A stretch of 64,000 nt of DNA from Eledone cirrhosa (GCA_964016885.1 OZ024742.1:248434001-248498000), one strand, 5' to 3'; numbered from the stretch's first letter, positions 1-13,848 are shown. Notes: generated by a model not told the origin, from the letters alone. Program-made: numbers and translations.

Positions 1-126
1 GCTTTCGATTACAGAGTCACGTTCGATCTACAATGAATCTTGCATCAAGCTGATCGATAGAAACACATATGTAATTTGTTAAATATACTATGATAAAACA
101 CTGAATCCATGTTCCTCAGCCTTATC

Positions 127-155
<29 letters not shown>

Positions 156-158
<3 letters not shown>

Positions 159-267
159 CAGAGGAGTTGTGGTAAGAAACCAGATGGACCATAACGCACC
201 AGAAATAGCAGTCCAGAAATAGCTGTCGAGACGGCTTGAGCTCTGCCGCCGAGGTCATACTTTCTCC

Positions 268-268
<1 letters not shown>
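156..268 (-). mobile_element. Family A copy, internally deleted
   Basis: gtggtaagaaaccagatggaccataacgcacc joined to gtccagaaatagctgtcgagacggcttgagctc. Confidence 0.75.
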
Positions 269-299
<31 letters not shown>

Positions 300-479
300 A
301 TATATATACATATATATATGTAGAATATATATATATAGAATATATATATACATATATATATGTAGAATATATATATACATATATATATATTCATATATAT
401 ATATATATATAGATATAAACATATATGGAAAATAAGAAATCAATAGAAAATGGTAATAGAAGTTTATCATGTAAGAAGA

Positions 480-649
480 AAAAAACATTTTTTAAAACCA
501 ACTTTTAGTACCGGTTTCAGTCGAATATAACTTATACTTCATCATAATAGAAAAAATATAAGAAATATAGCAAAAAGTTAAAGTGTATATTAATTAGAAG
601 AGCATATTAGAAAACATAGTTTACATATATATAAGTTCACATTTGCGTT

Positions 650-730
<81 letters not shown>

Positions 731-764
731 TCTCTCTCTCTCCCTCTCTCTCTCTCTCCCTCTC

Positions 765-795
<31 letters not shown>

Positions 796-850
796 CCGTT
801 GGTGATGTGGTGGTAGTAGCAGCCAAAATAGTAGCAGTTGGGTTGTCGCC
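480..850. repeat. Dispersed repeat with a diverged second copy at ~1853-2092
   Basis: Shared ccggtttcag, gtatattaat..gaagag, aagttcacattt..gttt, ggtggtagtagcagc. Minus strand has GAAAccggTA (half-HHR-like). Confidence 0.6.
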
Positions 851-877
851 TTTCGCTCTCTGACCCCCCCCCCATAT

Positions 878-1178
878 ATATATATAAGAAGAAATTGAAA
901 GATGGTTAGAAAAGTTCCATGTATTTTATTATGCTCACAAGTGTCTTTTTTAAGCTTCATATCATGTCTCCCTATTTTATCTGATGAGAACGCAAATATC
1001 GTCCCTGGATGATATTTGTTTTTGAAATGCGCATAATAAAATACATGGAACTTTTCTAACCATCTTTTAATTTCTTCTTATATATACTCCAGTCCAATAA
1101 ACTGTTGAGTGCTACTTATCCGATATTTGCATTGCTTTATTGTGCTACAATAAAACTCACCTCCGACACACACAAATA
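878..1178 (+). mobile_element. Fold-back mini-element: inverted arm 878-934, HHR, matching arm 1031-1086, tail
   Basis: tataagaagaaattgaaagatggttagaaaagttccatgtattttattatgc is nearly the exact reverse complement of 1031-1084. Confidence 0.8.
973..1043 (+). ncRNA. Type I minimal hammerhead ribozyme motif
   Basis: tattttat-CTGATGA-gaacgcaaatatcgtcc/ggatgatatttgttttt-GAAA-tgcgca-TA-ataaaata. Confidence 0.8.
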
Positions 1179-1186
1179 TATATATA

Positions 1187-1299
1187 TAACAAAGGAATTG
1201 TGGTAAGGAACCAAATGGACCATAACGCACCAGAGTACTCAATACTTAGGGTATTAGAGTGGGAAATAGGAAAACGTATGACCCCGACGGCAGAGCTCA
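1187..1299 (-). mobile_element. Family A partial copy
   Basis: Tail plus part of one arm. Confidence 0.8.
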
Positions 1300-1400
1300 A
1301 TGTATATATATATATATATATATATACATTATCACTGATGAGGGACTCATTTTATAACATGTTATCCATGTGCAACCATGCAGTATTCTGCTCCCCATTT

Positions 1401-1488
<88 letters not shown>

Positions 1489-1494
1489 TTATAT

Positions 1495-1699
1495 ACTGAA
1501 GTAAAAATTAAGTGGCAATATCCAAGAGTATGAGCACTCAGTACATTGGACCAGTTTAGTATAAATATTACAACAGTGACATGAACAGGCACTCAAGTTT
1601 CGTTGGGTTCTGGCCATCGTTGTTTTCCATTTTTCTCGAGACAGGCTGAAGAAATTGGGGCCCAGAACCCAACGAAACTTGTGTACTTGTTTATGTCTC
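1495..1699 (-). mobile_element. Fold-back mini-element, family B
   Basis: gacatgaacaggcactcaagtttcgttgggttctggcc / ggcccagaacccaacgaaacttgtgtacttgtttatgtc. Confidence 0.7.
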
Positions 1700-2126
1700 A
1701 CACACACACTCTCTCTCACACACACACACATATATATATATTGGGAAAATAATTGTTTCTACCTTTGGTACATGGTCACCAAGTATCCCAGTGTATTACT
1801 GGTACTTTATTTTATCGAACCCGTAAGGATGAAAGAGCAAAATAATAACAGCAAAACATCTTTTTAAATTTCCGGTTTCAGCTGATAATTGTTTCAGTTT
1901 CTTCATGCTACAGGAAATATGATAAAAAGTATATAATAAAATTAAGATGTATATTAATAAGAAGAGTGTATTAGAGAACATAGTTTTCATATGTATAAAA
2001 CAAGTTCACATTTTCGTTTGTCTCTTTCTCTCTCTCTGTCTCCTCCTTGCTGGCTTGGTGGTAGTAGCAGCTACAATACAAGTTGGCATGTTCCCTGTTA
2101 CTGTTTGACTGGCTGTTGACTACAAT

Positions 2127-2137
2127 TGTAGTAGAAA

Positions 2138-2216
<79 letters not shown>

Positions 2217-2298
2217 TGTTGTAGAAGAAGAAGAAGAAGAAGAAGAAGAAGAAGAAGAAGAAGAAGAAGAAGAAGAAGAAGAAGAAGAAGAAGAAGAA
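2127..2298. repeat. Compound (GTA)n(GAA)n microsatellite
   Basis: Direct reading. Confidence 0.95.
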
Positions 2299-3009
2299 GG
2301 TGTGGTAGTAATAATAGGGGTATATTAAATGAGGAAGAAAAAGGAGAAGCAGAAAGAGACGACGTGGAGGTGTGGATGTAATATTATTACTAATAGTAGT
2401 AGTAATAGAAGCTGTCCCTGGGACTGGGCTTAATGGCAGAGTGACATTAAGTAGTAATTATTTCAAAATATATCTATCTTTCTTAGTATTTCTGTAGGAA
2501 ATACTGTCGTTCTTAAATTGTCCATTACCTAATGTTTTCTCTTAGTCCGGAGAAATTCACAAAATAAATAATTAATTAAACGGAGCTAAGTTTAAAATCT
2601 AAATTTTGAAGAAAAACATTGATAAATGTTTACCAATATTCCTCTAGCTCCAACTGTCAATAGTTTGGCTTGTGCTATGTAGAAATGTGTAATCGCTGCA
2701 TTATCCTTGAGGCTTCAGCTTATCAAGGGATTTCCTCAGTTAGGACCAATTTTTTCCAAAAGATATCGCTGCAAAGTTATTTGAAAGGGTTGAAAATTAT
2801 CACCTGACTAGAGGTCAAGATAGAATGGTTGAGTAAAATTAGGTTGTAACTAACTGCTTCTTCTAGCAATGAAGATACTGGCCACCAGTCGGCTCTTCAC
2901 AAAACCTCTATTGGTAAATATTTATCTATTATTTCTTCATACTTACATTTTAAACATAGTTTGTTCTGTCTAATTGATTATTTATTTAATTAAATTCTCC
3001 TCAAACTTA

Positions 3010-3048
<39 letters not shown>

Positions 3049-3242
3049 GATTATCGGCAAAAACAAAGGGAGATTGATTGACAGTTTATCAAAGCCACAC
3101 ACTCCGTTGCCTTTGCCGAAAATTATAGAAGCTAGATTCTTATAGAATTCCAGTAATGTTTAGGAGTTGATTAAACAGACCGATTGCCCATCCTGCAAAC
3201 ATAATGTATTAGTATTGGCGCTCAGAGATAGCGATGTATACA

Positions 3243-3418
3243 CGAATGTATGCATAGTAAATTTGGCAATAAACTGTATGTTGAAATAAACACATTTACA
3301 AGACCATTCGGTATGCATTTTAAAGTAGTGACTATCTCACTTCTTTAAAACACAGCGAATGGTCTTCAAAATGTTTTTAAACATACAGTAAATTGGCAAA
3401 TATACTAAACATACATTC

Positions 3419-3419
<1 letters not shown>
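3243..3419. repeat. Imperfect palindrome (~80-bp arms)
   Basis: cgaatgtatg..aagaccattcg / cgaatggtctt..catacattcg. Confidence 0.75.
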
Positions 3420-3463
<44 letters not shown>

Positions 3464-3466
<3 letters not shown>

Positions 3467-3656
3467 CGAAGGCAATGTGGTAAGGAACCAGATGGACCAT
3501 AACGCACCAAAGTACTCAATACTTAGGGTAGTAGAGTGGGTAATAGGAACGAGAAGGACCCCGACGGCTGAGCTCAAGCCGTTTCGACGGCGAACTCTGG
3601 ACTCCAGAATTAGCCGTCGAAACGGCTTGAGCTCAGCCGTCGAGGTCCTACTCGTT

Positions 3657-3660
<4 letters not shown>
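3464..3660 (-). mobile_element. Family A hairpin+tail mini-element (complete copy)
   Basis: Tail aacgaaggcaatgtggtaaggaacc..gggtaat, then palindrome aggaacgag..gccgtttcgacggc / gccgtcgaaacggc..ctcgttcct; sits in (TA)n. Confidence 0.85.
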
Positions 3661-3721
<61 letters not shown>

Positions 3722-4550
3722 CAAATTTAGACCGGAACAAAACAGAGAGGCAGACAAATAAAGGTTTTTTTAGGTTCACGCTCTGGAGAGTGGAGGGGTT
3801 TTATATTATCTCTATATATATATATATAGAATAAAGATAACAGATTATGTGTATAATTTTTTTAATACGGTTAATCCGTCTGATACCATATACGTAATAT
3901 CTTATGCAGCGACCTTTTTGTTACTAAGCTGCATCACTCTTGTCTTTCAATTGGATAACATCGGCGACGTTGTGGGGGCAACTGGTATGTATGGGTAACT
4001 GTTTGTCTTCTACAAAACAACTCACCCTAGATTTTGCTCCGTATATGTACTTTCTAAGTTTAAACTCTTGTCCGCCTGACATTCTCAATACATAAAATGC
4101 AAGGTCATACTTAAACCGTTGCGATGGTTAAAAGTAAATCCGCTGAGATACTCCTACAAGCATATCCGTATACATATACGTATAGATATGCGCTTTAATA
4201 AATAGGAATGTTCGAGTTATTGTATCCGATTGCGTATTTTCATCATACTAATTGGATAATAAAGATCAGAAAAAGTCATTGCCTGCAACAATAGACTATC
4301 AAATATGTCATCTTATCTCACCGCTCATCTGTGGGGTTCCTTCTTACTACTAACGTTTCGAACCAATAGAGAAATGAAAAAACGCAATACCAGCAAAAAC
4401 AAAGCTAGAACAGAAACAATAATTAGCAACAAATATAGGTCAAGTCATGCCAAATAGATTAATACATATATATAGACACACGCCCACAAATAAACATATC
4501 TTTCTTTCAATCTATCTATCTCCCTATGTATCCATCTCTCCCCCTCTCTC

Positions 4551-4630
<80 letters not shown>

Positions 4631-4655
4631 TGTAATAAACAACATAAGGCAATTA

Positions 4656-4714
4656 TTCCATTTACCAGTGGTTTCTTAAAAGCAAAAATGTTGCTTTCAA
4701 TCATCAGAATGAAA
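4656..4714 (-). ncRNA. Type I minimal hammerhead ribozyme motif
   Basis: Minus strand: tttcatt-CTGATGA-ttgaaagcaa cattt ttgcttttaa-GAAA-ccactgg-TA-aatggaa. Confidence 0.8.
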
Positions 4715-5517
4715 AAATCCTGGTGTATTTATTGATATTGGATTTTATAAACAAAAATGCAATCTATATGAAAGTGAGGCTGGAGAAGGAAGAAGGAAAG
4801 GAAAAATAAAATAAAAACACACATGCAAACACACACACACACGATTATATACATACACACGCATATATATATATATATACATACACACATACATACACAC
4901 ACACACATATATACACATATATATGTGTATATATATACATACACATACATACAAACACATACATACATACACACATAAATATCAACATATCCATACATAC
5001 ACATACATATATACAACCACACACATATATATACATATATATATATAGAAATATAAATATATATATGCATACACATACACATACATAGCCATACACACAT
5101 ACATACATACATACATACATACATACACACAATCATACGTATATACCCACGTACATACATACACATACATACACACATATATACATGCATACATATGCAT
5201 GCACAATATTAGAAAAATATACACACACCTCTACATATTCACACAAGCAAATAAATATAAGAAAAAATATATATAAAATAATAAAAGACAAAAGTTGACA
5301 GCGATACAGGCAACAAATAAATGAAAGAACACACGTGGTAAGCAATACACACAAATACACGTACACATACATACGTAAAAAAAAAATACATACACACACT
5401 CACACACATAAATATACATATACAAATACATAAACACATACACACATTCATACATACACACACGCACATATATACATATATACACACACATATACATACA
5501 CACACACACACACACAC

Positions 5518-5576
<59 letters not shown>

Positions 5577-5644
5577 CATATATATATACATATACACACA
5601 CATACAAATACGTACATATCACAAACACGCACAACCAAATACAA

Positions 5645-5748
<104 letters not shown>

Positions 5749-5862
5749 ATAAAACTCATTCTTAGATAATTCATATGAACCTTATTTAACTCTAAAATAT
5801 ACATATATATATATTTTATTATGCTCACAAGTGTCTTTTTTAAGCTTCATATCATGTCTCCC

Positions 5863-5933
5863 TATTTTATCTGATGAGAACGCAAATATCGTCACTGGAT
5901 GATATTTGTTTTTGAAATGGGCATAATAAAATA
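5863..5933 (+). ncRNA. Hammerhead motif, duplicate of 973-1043 (stem III tgggca)
   Basis: Near-identical copy 4890 bp downstream. Confidence 0.72.
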
Positions 5934-6074
5934 CATGGAACTTTTCTAACCATCTTTTAATTTCTTCTTATATATACTCCAGTCCAATAAACTGTTGAGT
6001 GCTACTTATCCGATATTTGCATTGCTTTATTGTGCTACAATAAAACTCACCTCCGACACACACAAATATATATA

Positions 6075-6204
6075 TAACAAAGGAATTGTGGTAAGGAACC
6101 AAATGGACCATAACGCACCAGAGTACTCAATACTTAGGGTATTAGAGTGGGAAATAGGAAAACGTATGACCCCGACGGCAGAGCTCATGTATATATATAT
6201 ATAC

Positions 6205-6250
<46 letters not shown>

Positions 6251-6345
6251 GGTCTTACTTGTTCCTATTGCCCACTCTACTACCCTAAGTATTGAGTACC
6301 TTGGTGCGTTATGGTCCACCCGGTTCCTTACCACTTTTCCTTCGT

Positions 6346-6346
<1 letters not shown>
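6075..6346. mobile_element. Two family A partial copies in opposite orientation around a (TA)n tract
   Basis: 6075-6187 and 6248-6346. Confidence 0.8.
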
Positions 6347-6377
<31 letters not shown>

Positions 6378-6460
6378 CACATACATACACATACATACTT
6401 ACTAACATACACATATATACCTACACACACATATATACATACACATACGTATGCATACGT

Positions 6461-6491
<31 letters not shown>

Positions 6492-6516
6492 TATACATAT
6501 ATAACTCAATATATAC

Positions 6517-6572
<56 letters not shown>

Positions 6573-7205
6573 AAGAACATAAATAATATAAAATAAATAT
6601 TTTATATATAAAAAAATTTGACAAGTAATAAATAAAAATATATATATATTTAGAAAAGGGTATAAATGGCCATAGCAGACCTAGAGCACTCAACAAGTTC
6701 ATGGAGCAAAATTTCAATGAAAATATTCATCAAATCACTATATATAATGATGCACATACATCCACCCTTATACATATATACATACACACACACACACACA
6801 CATAAATATATATACATACACACACACACACAAAAAAACCCCAACCACAGAAATACAAACACACATACAAAAACATATATATACATATATACATATATAT
6901 ATATACACACACAGGAAGAAGCCTGACCCTACGGCAGAGCTGAAGCCTTTTCTGAGGCTATTATATAAAAACACACAAAACTATTATATAAAAAATTAAC
7001 ATCTAAAAATAAAAATAAAATAAAAAAATAAAAATGTTGGTATGTGAAGGGTAAGGCAAAAAAATAGGGGGAGGGAGGGGGGAAAAGACATAGGAAATGG
7101 TTTAAATATAAGGGGAGATAAGGATGAAAGAGAATACAAGAGTACAGAACGTAGATTCAGCAGGTAAAAAAGAACCGTAGTAGAAGTAAAGAGCAGAGAA
7201 TGAGT

Positions 7206-7853
7206 TCAAGGTGGTTGAGTTATCATAGGAATGTCAATCCAGTTACAGATCAGATGTGATTTCAGGTGAGGACAACATCTGAAGATCTCGGTCTTTGAGT
7301 TCAGGCAAGCAGAAGTGACTTTCAAGTTTAGCAAAATCCTATATTTTTCTGTGGTACACAAAGAACAATTCTTTGTGCCCCTTTGGTACACCCTCGAATG
7401 GTCTAAAATAGACCAATCGATAGAGTACGGGATGTTTTTTTCCTTGAATTCCCACACCTTACACGAGAGGGCCGTTTTTGTACGTTTATCGGCGTGCTTA
7501 AAAGAAGCGACATGTGTGTAAAACCTGGTTTTAAACCTGTCCTGGCTCATGCCGACATATCGCTCACTCCTGGCTGGCTGGTTGTTGATTAAAGGTGTTA
7601 TTTTAGCCTCATAAACAACAGATTTGGTGTTACGTTTGCCCTGCAATGGGCATTCATCCGGATTCCTGCAAATGCATCCTGGATTTGTTCTCGTATGATT
7701 TGAATTAGTGATCTTGGACTTCATAGATGGGAAACAAGAGTAACTGATCTTAACTACATTCCTATTAAATATCTTATAATATCTATGATTATGAGGAAAA
7801 TGTTTATCTAAGAGTTCAAGGAATTTCCTTCCTACATTAGTTTTGACAGAGAA
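7206..7853 (-). mobile_element. Penelope-like element ORF 3' part (RT thumb/linker + C-terminal GIY-YIG endonuclease), 5'-truncated, frame open
   Basis: FSVKTNVGRKFLELLDKHFPHNHRYYKIFNRNVVKISYSC..CICRNPDECPL..VVYEA..YVG..FKTRF..CSLCTTEK..LNSKTEIFRCCPH: PLE GIY-YIG with flanking Cys/His motifs. Confidence 0.9.
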
Positions 7854-7967
7854 ACCACTGGTAAATAGAATAATTGCCTTATGTTGTTTATTACATAACT
7901 ATTAAGCTGTTACCTACATAGAGCACTCTTTTTTCCTGGACTTTTCCGACGGAATTACTTCATTTAT

Positions 7968-8010
<43 letters not shown>

Positions 8011-8076
8011 CACACGCACACATATATAAAGAAAGAAATACATTAGTCTTCAAATTTATTATTATTACTATATTTA

Positions 8077-8204
<128 letters not shown>

Positions 8205-9364
8205 TATTATAATTATCAATGCTGGTTGATCCAGTCAACCCACCAAAAATGGTGTAATCAGGGAGAAGCCTTCAACAAGGAGGGTACTACTGTTTTGCTC
8301 GGATTTGTATAGATGGTTAAACTGGATTAAATACACCATTCTGTGTCGTGGTCAACGCTTAACACAGCATACCCGTATGAGGAAGAATTATCTACGGTTG
8401 GGTGTGAATTGCTCACCACAGAGGCTGTGGAGATTCTAAAGGGTGGTCCCCACATAATAGATACATAATAGATACATAATAAATACACGCTCTGATGTTA
8501 GTAATACATGTAAACTCAAAATATCTAAAACTTCCCTAAAACGATTTAGTTAGCATTTTTACCCTATCATTCGACCGCCACCCTATCAACAACGTGTAAA
8601 GGACCCAAATACTGCTGCACTCTGTAAGACTCATAGATCACTGATTTATCTATCCATCTAAGCATTTGGCCGTTCTCTTCCCTCGGATAGTTACTCTAGC
8701 TCAATCCATAACCTTGTTCTCCACCTTCACTTATAACCGGTTATTCTTTTACTCTTTTACATCACTTTTTCGTTTTCTTCGTTTGTTTCTCTCTATCTGC
8801 CTATCTACCTCCACTTATAGGGAACCACATACGCACGGGCACTTAGGAGTTTTGTATCTCAGTGGGTATACAGCTGCCGGTAATCTGTAGTTCACATGTA
8901 CCTCCACATACAACTGAATTAGACTATGCACACAAGCGCATGGCTAGGTCAACTCAATCTACTCTGATCTGAAGCGCACACCCATATTGCTACAGTCACG
9001 CGTTTTAGCGCCCTCTACATGTACAACAGTCTTCATCGGGAGGATGTTTCGCAGACTGACCAACGCCAGTTTGGCAGTTTGGGAAATTCACTGTTACAAC
9101 TCGCTGGGGTCTAACAGATAAAGAATATGCATAGATTAATCAACGGCTTTACTAACCTTTAGTAATCAGAGCGATTGAGCCTAAATTGAATAGCCTGACT
9201 CTTTTTAGTGAAATGGCCTACTTATATCAGCTACTGCTACGGCCATTGTAACTCCATCTACCGTGTGCAATAATGACCTTTCTTTTCACTCGAAATGTGC
9301 ATCACAGGATGTTGTAATGGAATACATTGATGTTTAATGTGTGATGCAGACTTTCTTCCTTTTC

Positions 9365-9428
<64 letters not shown>

Positions 9429-9836
9429 TGAGTGTGCGTGTAAATTCCAGACAAAGGAAATTGAATCCCTCCCTCCATTGTATACATACAGAACGCAATC
9501 GTAGACACACCACAACTAACCACACGGCCACCTAAATATATATGTACGTGTGTGTGTGTGTGTGTGTGCGTGCGCGTGTGCGTGCGCGCGCGTGTGTGTG
9601 TGCGTGTGTTTTGCAACGCTCTTTAGCAGTCAATCTCTATCACGGCAATTCTAATTATTTTTGTTATGATATATTTCCAGTTAATAACGTCATTATCAGC
9701 ATATTACTTGCGGCCGCTCAACTATAACTAGGCGAACGTGCACACAGACATACATGTACACACACACACATACTCTCTCCCTGCCTCTTACTTTCTCTCA
9801 CATACACACACACACACACACACACACATACACACA

Positions 9837-9870
<34 letters not shown>

Positions 9871-9922
9871 TAGATATTATTCACAATGTTAACAAATGAA
9901 AAATATTCTCATAATCAAAATA

Positions 9923-9993
9923 TATACTTTATTATATATATTTCAAAGGTACAGTGTTGTTTTTTTTAGTACGTCCTCATCAGATAAAATATA
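9923..9993 (-). ncRNA. Hammerhead motif (left arm of palindrome)
   Basis: Reverse-complement counterpart of 10101-10170 (tttc at 9941, tcatcag at 9977). Confidence 0.68.
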
Positions 9994-10100
9994 TGATTTG
10001 ATATATTACATGAAACTACGGTCTTGATTATTCAAATCCAGTATTGGCGATACAGGAATTGAATAATCAAGACCGTAGCGGTATGTCATATATCAAATCA

Positions 10101-10170
10101 TATATTTTGTCTGATGAGGACGTACTGAAAAAACAACACAGTACCTTTGAAATATATATAATAAAGTATA
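10101..10170 (+). ncRNA. Hammerhead motif (right arm of palindrome)
   Basis: tatattttgt-CTGATGA-ggacgtactg..cagtaccttt-GAAA-tatata-TA-ataaagtata. Confidence 0.7.
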
Positions 10171-10470
10171 TAGTTTGATTATGAGAATATTTTTCATTTG
10201 TTAGCATTTGGAAAACCCTCGTTGAGTGCTTCTAATATATTGTAAAATTGTATTCATTGAGTAATCAACGAACCATACTAATCTTTGGTTATATATATAG
10301 ATATGTTTCTTTTATTTGCCACCAGAGCATCAAAAAGTGGATAGTTATTTGTATGTGTATATGTGTGTGCGCGTGTGTTTATTTGTGTTTACATACACTC
10401 CCACACACACATATATATATACATATATAATAGTAATGAGTATAATCGAAGTTGAAACTGCAAGTAGCTG

Positions 10471-10553
10471 ATTCGCATCCGATTGAATTTCGAAGGGTGT
10501 TACAAAGCACTCAATGATAAAGTAATTAAGAAATTTCTCATCAGAGATACAAT
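10471..10553 (-). ncRNA. Probable degenerate hammerhead motif
   Basis: Minus strand: attgtatct-CTGATGA-gaa...ttc-GAAA-ttcaa-TC-ggatgcgaat; stem II is weak. Confidence 0.5.
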
Positions 10554-11228
10554 GAATAATTCGAGGTAATAACCAGAGGCATGTTGCCACATTAATACTG
10601 CAAGAACGAAAAACACAGATATGTTAAACATGAACCTGGACCTAATCTATAGATATATAGCTTCGATAGGTTTCTGGAAAATTCGGAAGTTCCAAGCCAC
10701 GTTGTGTAATGTATATGCAGGTCAGAAATGTACCCTAAGATGGAATGGGAGTTTCCCTTCGTCAAAAGGATTTTCGTTCCAAGTATGCACTTTCATCAGG
10801 TCCTGAGACAAAACAGCCATTCGACTGTAGTAGTAAATATGGTAGTGAGGTCCGGTGTTCTTTCTCAAAAAGAGGAAGGTTACATCCTGGGTTTTGGCGA
10901 GTACATTCAAAAGTGTGAACAAAGGATATATATATACATATAGTAAATGAGTGAAGAATAACGTGGTCGGCTGTACAATAGGTTTTATTTAAAGTATTAA
11001 CAATTGTTTCATTAGTCCGGTGTGTCTAAAAACCGTTGGTCTCTGAGATATATGTAGTAAATTTGGGCCTAAATTTTAGAACTCGCCATTTCAATGATAT
11101 ATCACATCTATGTATTGCTCTATTGCATTCCTACTCGCTCTCCCCTCTCTCTGTTTATATATATATATATATCGTTTCTGAATTTGTTTAGCAAGATTCT
11201 TTATCTGAAAACGTGTCTTGAAACCGAT

Positions 11229-12027
11229 ATTGTTATACTTTGGGAGGGTCATGTTGCCAATAAGAACACACGCACTGGCTGCTTTCACTTCAATTTATTA
11301 TAAGTTTTATAAATTTTATAAATTTCCGGTTGGTTGGTTGGTTCCACAACCGGCTGGTTGTTTATATATTGTCAAAGTTCTTTCGTCAGACATTCTGAGA
11401 CCCCATCATTGACTTGGGATTCTTTTCTTTGTTTTGTGCCTCTTCTTTGTTCTGTCCTATGCCATCTTGTTTTTGTGTGTGTTGTGTGCTTAGTTTGCGC
11501 ATGTGTTTCATCCGGGTCTATGTGTGTCTTTTTGTTTGTTTATTTATTTGTTTATTTACACGTTACTAGTTAGTTGTTTGTTATTTGTGTGTGTGTTTAC
11601 ATTTTGTCCATAATTATAAGTTGTGATGTTGCAATTCCATTCATGTCCTCTAGTTAATTTTGGTTGGAGCTCATTTATGTTTATTGCCTCTGTGATTTGT
11701 CTAAGCATTGCGTCTTTTCTGTGTGTAGATTCTATTTTTACCTCTATGTTCTCTGATTTGCCCTTATGTCCTATTTTAGCAGGTTGGTGGAGTATCGATG
11801 AGTCTTTTCTATCTTGGAGTCTTTTCTATCTTGGAGTATTTTCTATCTTTGAGGTCACATAATGTGTGACGAAAGAACTTTGACAATATATAAACAACAA
11901 TCCGGTTGTGGAACCAACCAACCAGCCGGAAATTTATAAAATTTATATTTATAAAATTTATAATAAATTGAAGCGAAAGCAACAAGTGTGTGTGTTATTG
12001 GCAATATGATCCTCCCAAAGTATAACA

Positions 12028-12029
<2 letters not shown>
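11229..12029. repeat. ~170-bp inverted repeats (11229-11395, 11861-12029) around a T-rich spacer
   Basis: Arms are imperfect reverse complements. Confidence 0.85.
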
Positions 12030-12075
<46 letters not shown>

Positions 12076-12292
12076 TGTCATCTGTGGAAACCGTTCTCAT
12101 AATCAACAGCAAATGCATGAAGGACATCTCGATTGCATAGATAACCGTGGAAATAATTATTATGATTAAACGATATATGAAACCTCAGCATCTTATTTTG
12201 TTATTTTATATATATATATATGTATGTATAGGTATGTACATGTATGCATATATATATATATATATATACATATTATATATGTATATATATAT

Positions 12293-12494
12293 AGAAAGAG
12301 TCAGGATCCCGAATGCTGCGATCCGGCCTTTTCGACAGCTAGATCCTAACATTTGGGTCTAGCTGTCAACACGACCGAAGCTCAGCCGTCGGGGTTCTGA
12401 CTCATTTCCTATTATTACCCATTCTACTAACCTAAGTATTGAGCAATGTGGAGCGTTTTGGTCCAAGTGGTAGCTTGCCACACCCTCTTTGTTA
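12293..12494 (+). mobile_element. Family A diverged copy
   Basis: Degenerate hairpin plus tail attacccattctactaacctaagtattgagc. Confidence 0.75.
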
Positions 12495-12754
12495 TATATA
12501 TATATATATAAATGAACACACGTGTTTTTTCTCGAAAAACATTTTTTTTTCTTTCATCCTTATCTCACATTCTTATATTACTATTTCTTTCGTTTTTCAA
12601 ACTTCTGATGAGGGACTAACATTCGAAATATGAAGAGCCTGTTCCTAATATATCAACCGTTGAACTGATATATAAATATGTTCATTGTACTGCATCGTTT
12701 TGCTGTGATATTTACCGTTTCCATTTTGCATACACACATGCTCACGCACCTATT

Positions 12755-12798
<44 letters not shown>

Positions 12799-13344
12799 GC
12801 GCAATATATGTTCGCGTGTGTGTATATACGTATGTATGTATGTGTTTAAGTATGTATGTATGTGTATATCTGTCCCTGTGCTCGCTAGTGTTTCTGTGAT
12901 GATTATACATACATTTTAATGCCCGCACATATAACATTTTCATTCGAACGAAATGAATTTTAATTTTCCCGCAGAAGTCTAAAGATGCGTTTTATGTTCA
13001 AGTAATAAGATATAGTGTTCAACAATAAGGAAAATTGCAGACATGCAATTACCTAAGTCTTGTGTTATTATTTTCTGTGTTATTTAAATCTATTACTATC
13101 ATCATTATCACATTACTTCAGCGTCTACTAAAAAAAACAGCTTGATTTTCAAAATGGCGGATATCAAACCTGATGTTCTCTAATGCTTTCTTCTTTTAAT
13201 TTTACACTCGTTTGCTTTTGATAGAAATAGTTTCCAGCAGGATGTCTTAATAAGAAGTGGGGGAGAAACTAAATAAACATTTACATATGTACCTACAGTA
13301 TATACATGTATATGTACTCTATAGATGTATGAATCTTTATATGC

Positions 13345-13437
<93 letters not shown>

Positions 13438-13464
13438 TCGATGTATATGCACTATATAAATGTA

Positions 13465-13498
<34 letters not shown>

Positions 13499-13551
13499 TC
13501 TTTGAATCTCCCTCTCTATATATACATATATATATGCATATACAAATATAT

Positions 13552-13781
13552 ATAAATATAAGTATGTATACGTACATACATATATGTATACAGACGTACA
13601 GTAGTATGTATATACATACATGCACACTTATATATATATGTACGTATATATATGTGTGCATGTATGTATATACACACTACTGTACGTCTGTATACATAGT
13701 GTATATGTATGTACGTATGCATACTTATATTTAAGTATCAGCCGTACTAAGAATGAGAAATGAAATTTCATTTTTTCCATT

Positions 13782-13785
<4 letters not shown>
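13552..13785 (+). mobile_element. Truncated fold-back relative of the 42694-44297 element
   Basis: Palindrome 13552-13733 (cagacgtacagtag/ctactgtacgtctg) plus tail tactaagaatgagaaatgaaatttc. Confidence 0.8.

Positions 13786-13848
<63 letters not shown>

Larger units (their letters stand above)
9886..10290 (+). mobile_element. Fold-back element with ~160-bp arms (9886-10208) and tail
   Basis: Arms are imperfect reverse complements, centre ~10045. Confidence 0.85.

Noticed and set aside
1336-1400. CTGATGAgggac as an HHR
   Set aside because: No closing stem II or GAAA downstream.
2590-2680. KKNIDKCL..IPLAPTV resembling a CR1/L2 C-terminus
   Set aside because: Too short and frameshifted to support a call.
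7206-7853. Naiad-type selenoprotein PLE
   Set aside because: The endonuclease is C-terminal and there is no in-frame TGA at Cys positions.
10750-10800. Minus-strand CTGATGA aagt..actt ggaac GAAA
   Set aside because: Five extra nucleotides before GAAA and no stem I/III pairing.
12595-12665. CTGATGAgggactaacattcGAAA
   Set aside because: Stem II and stem I pairing are unconvincing; at best a decayed relic.
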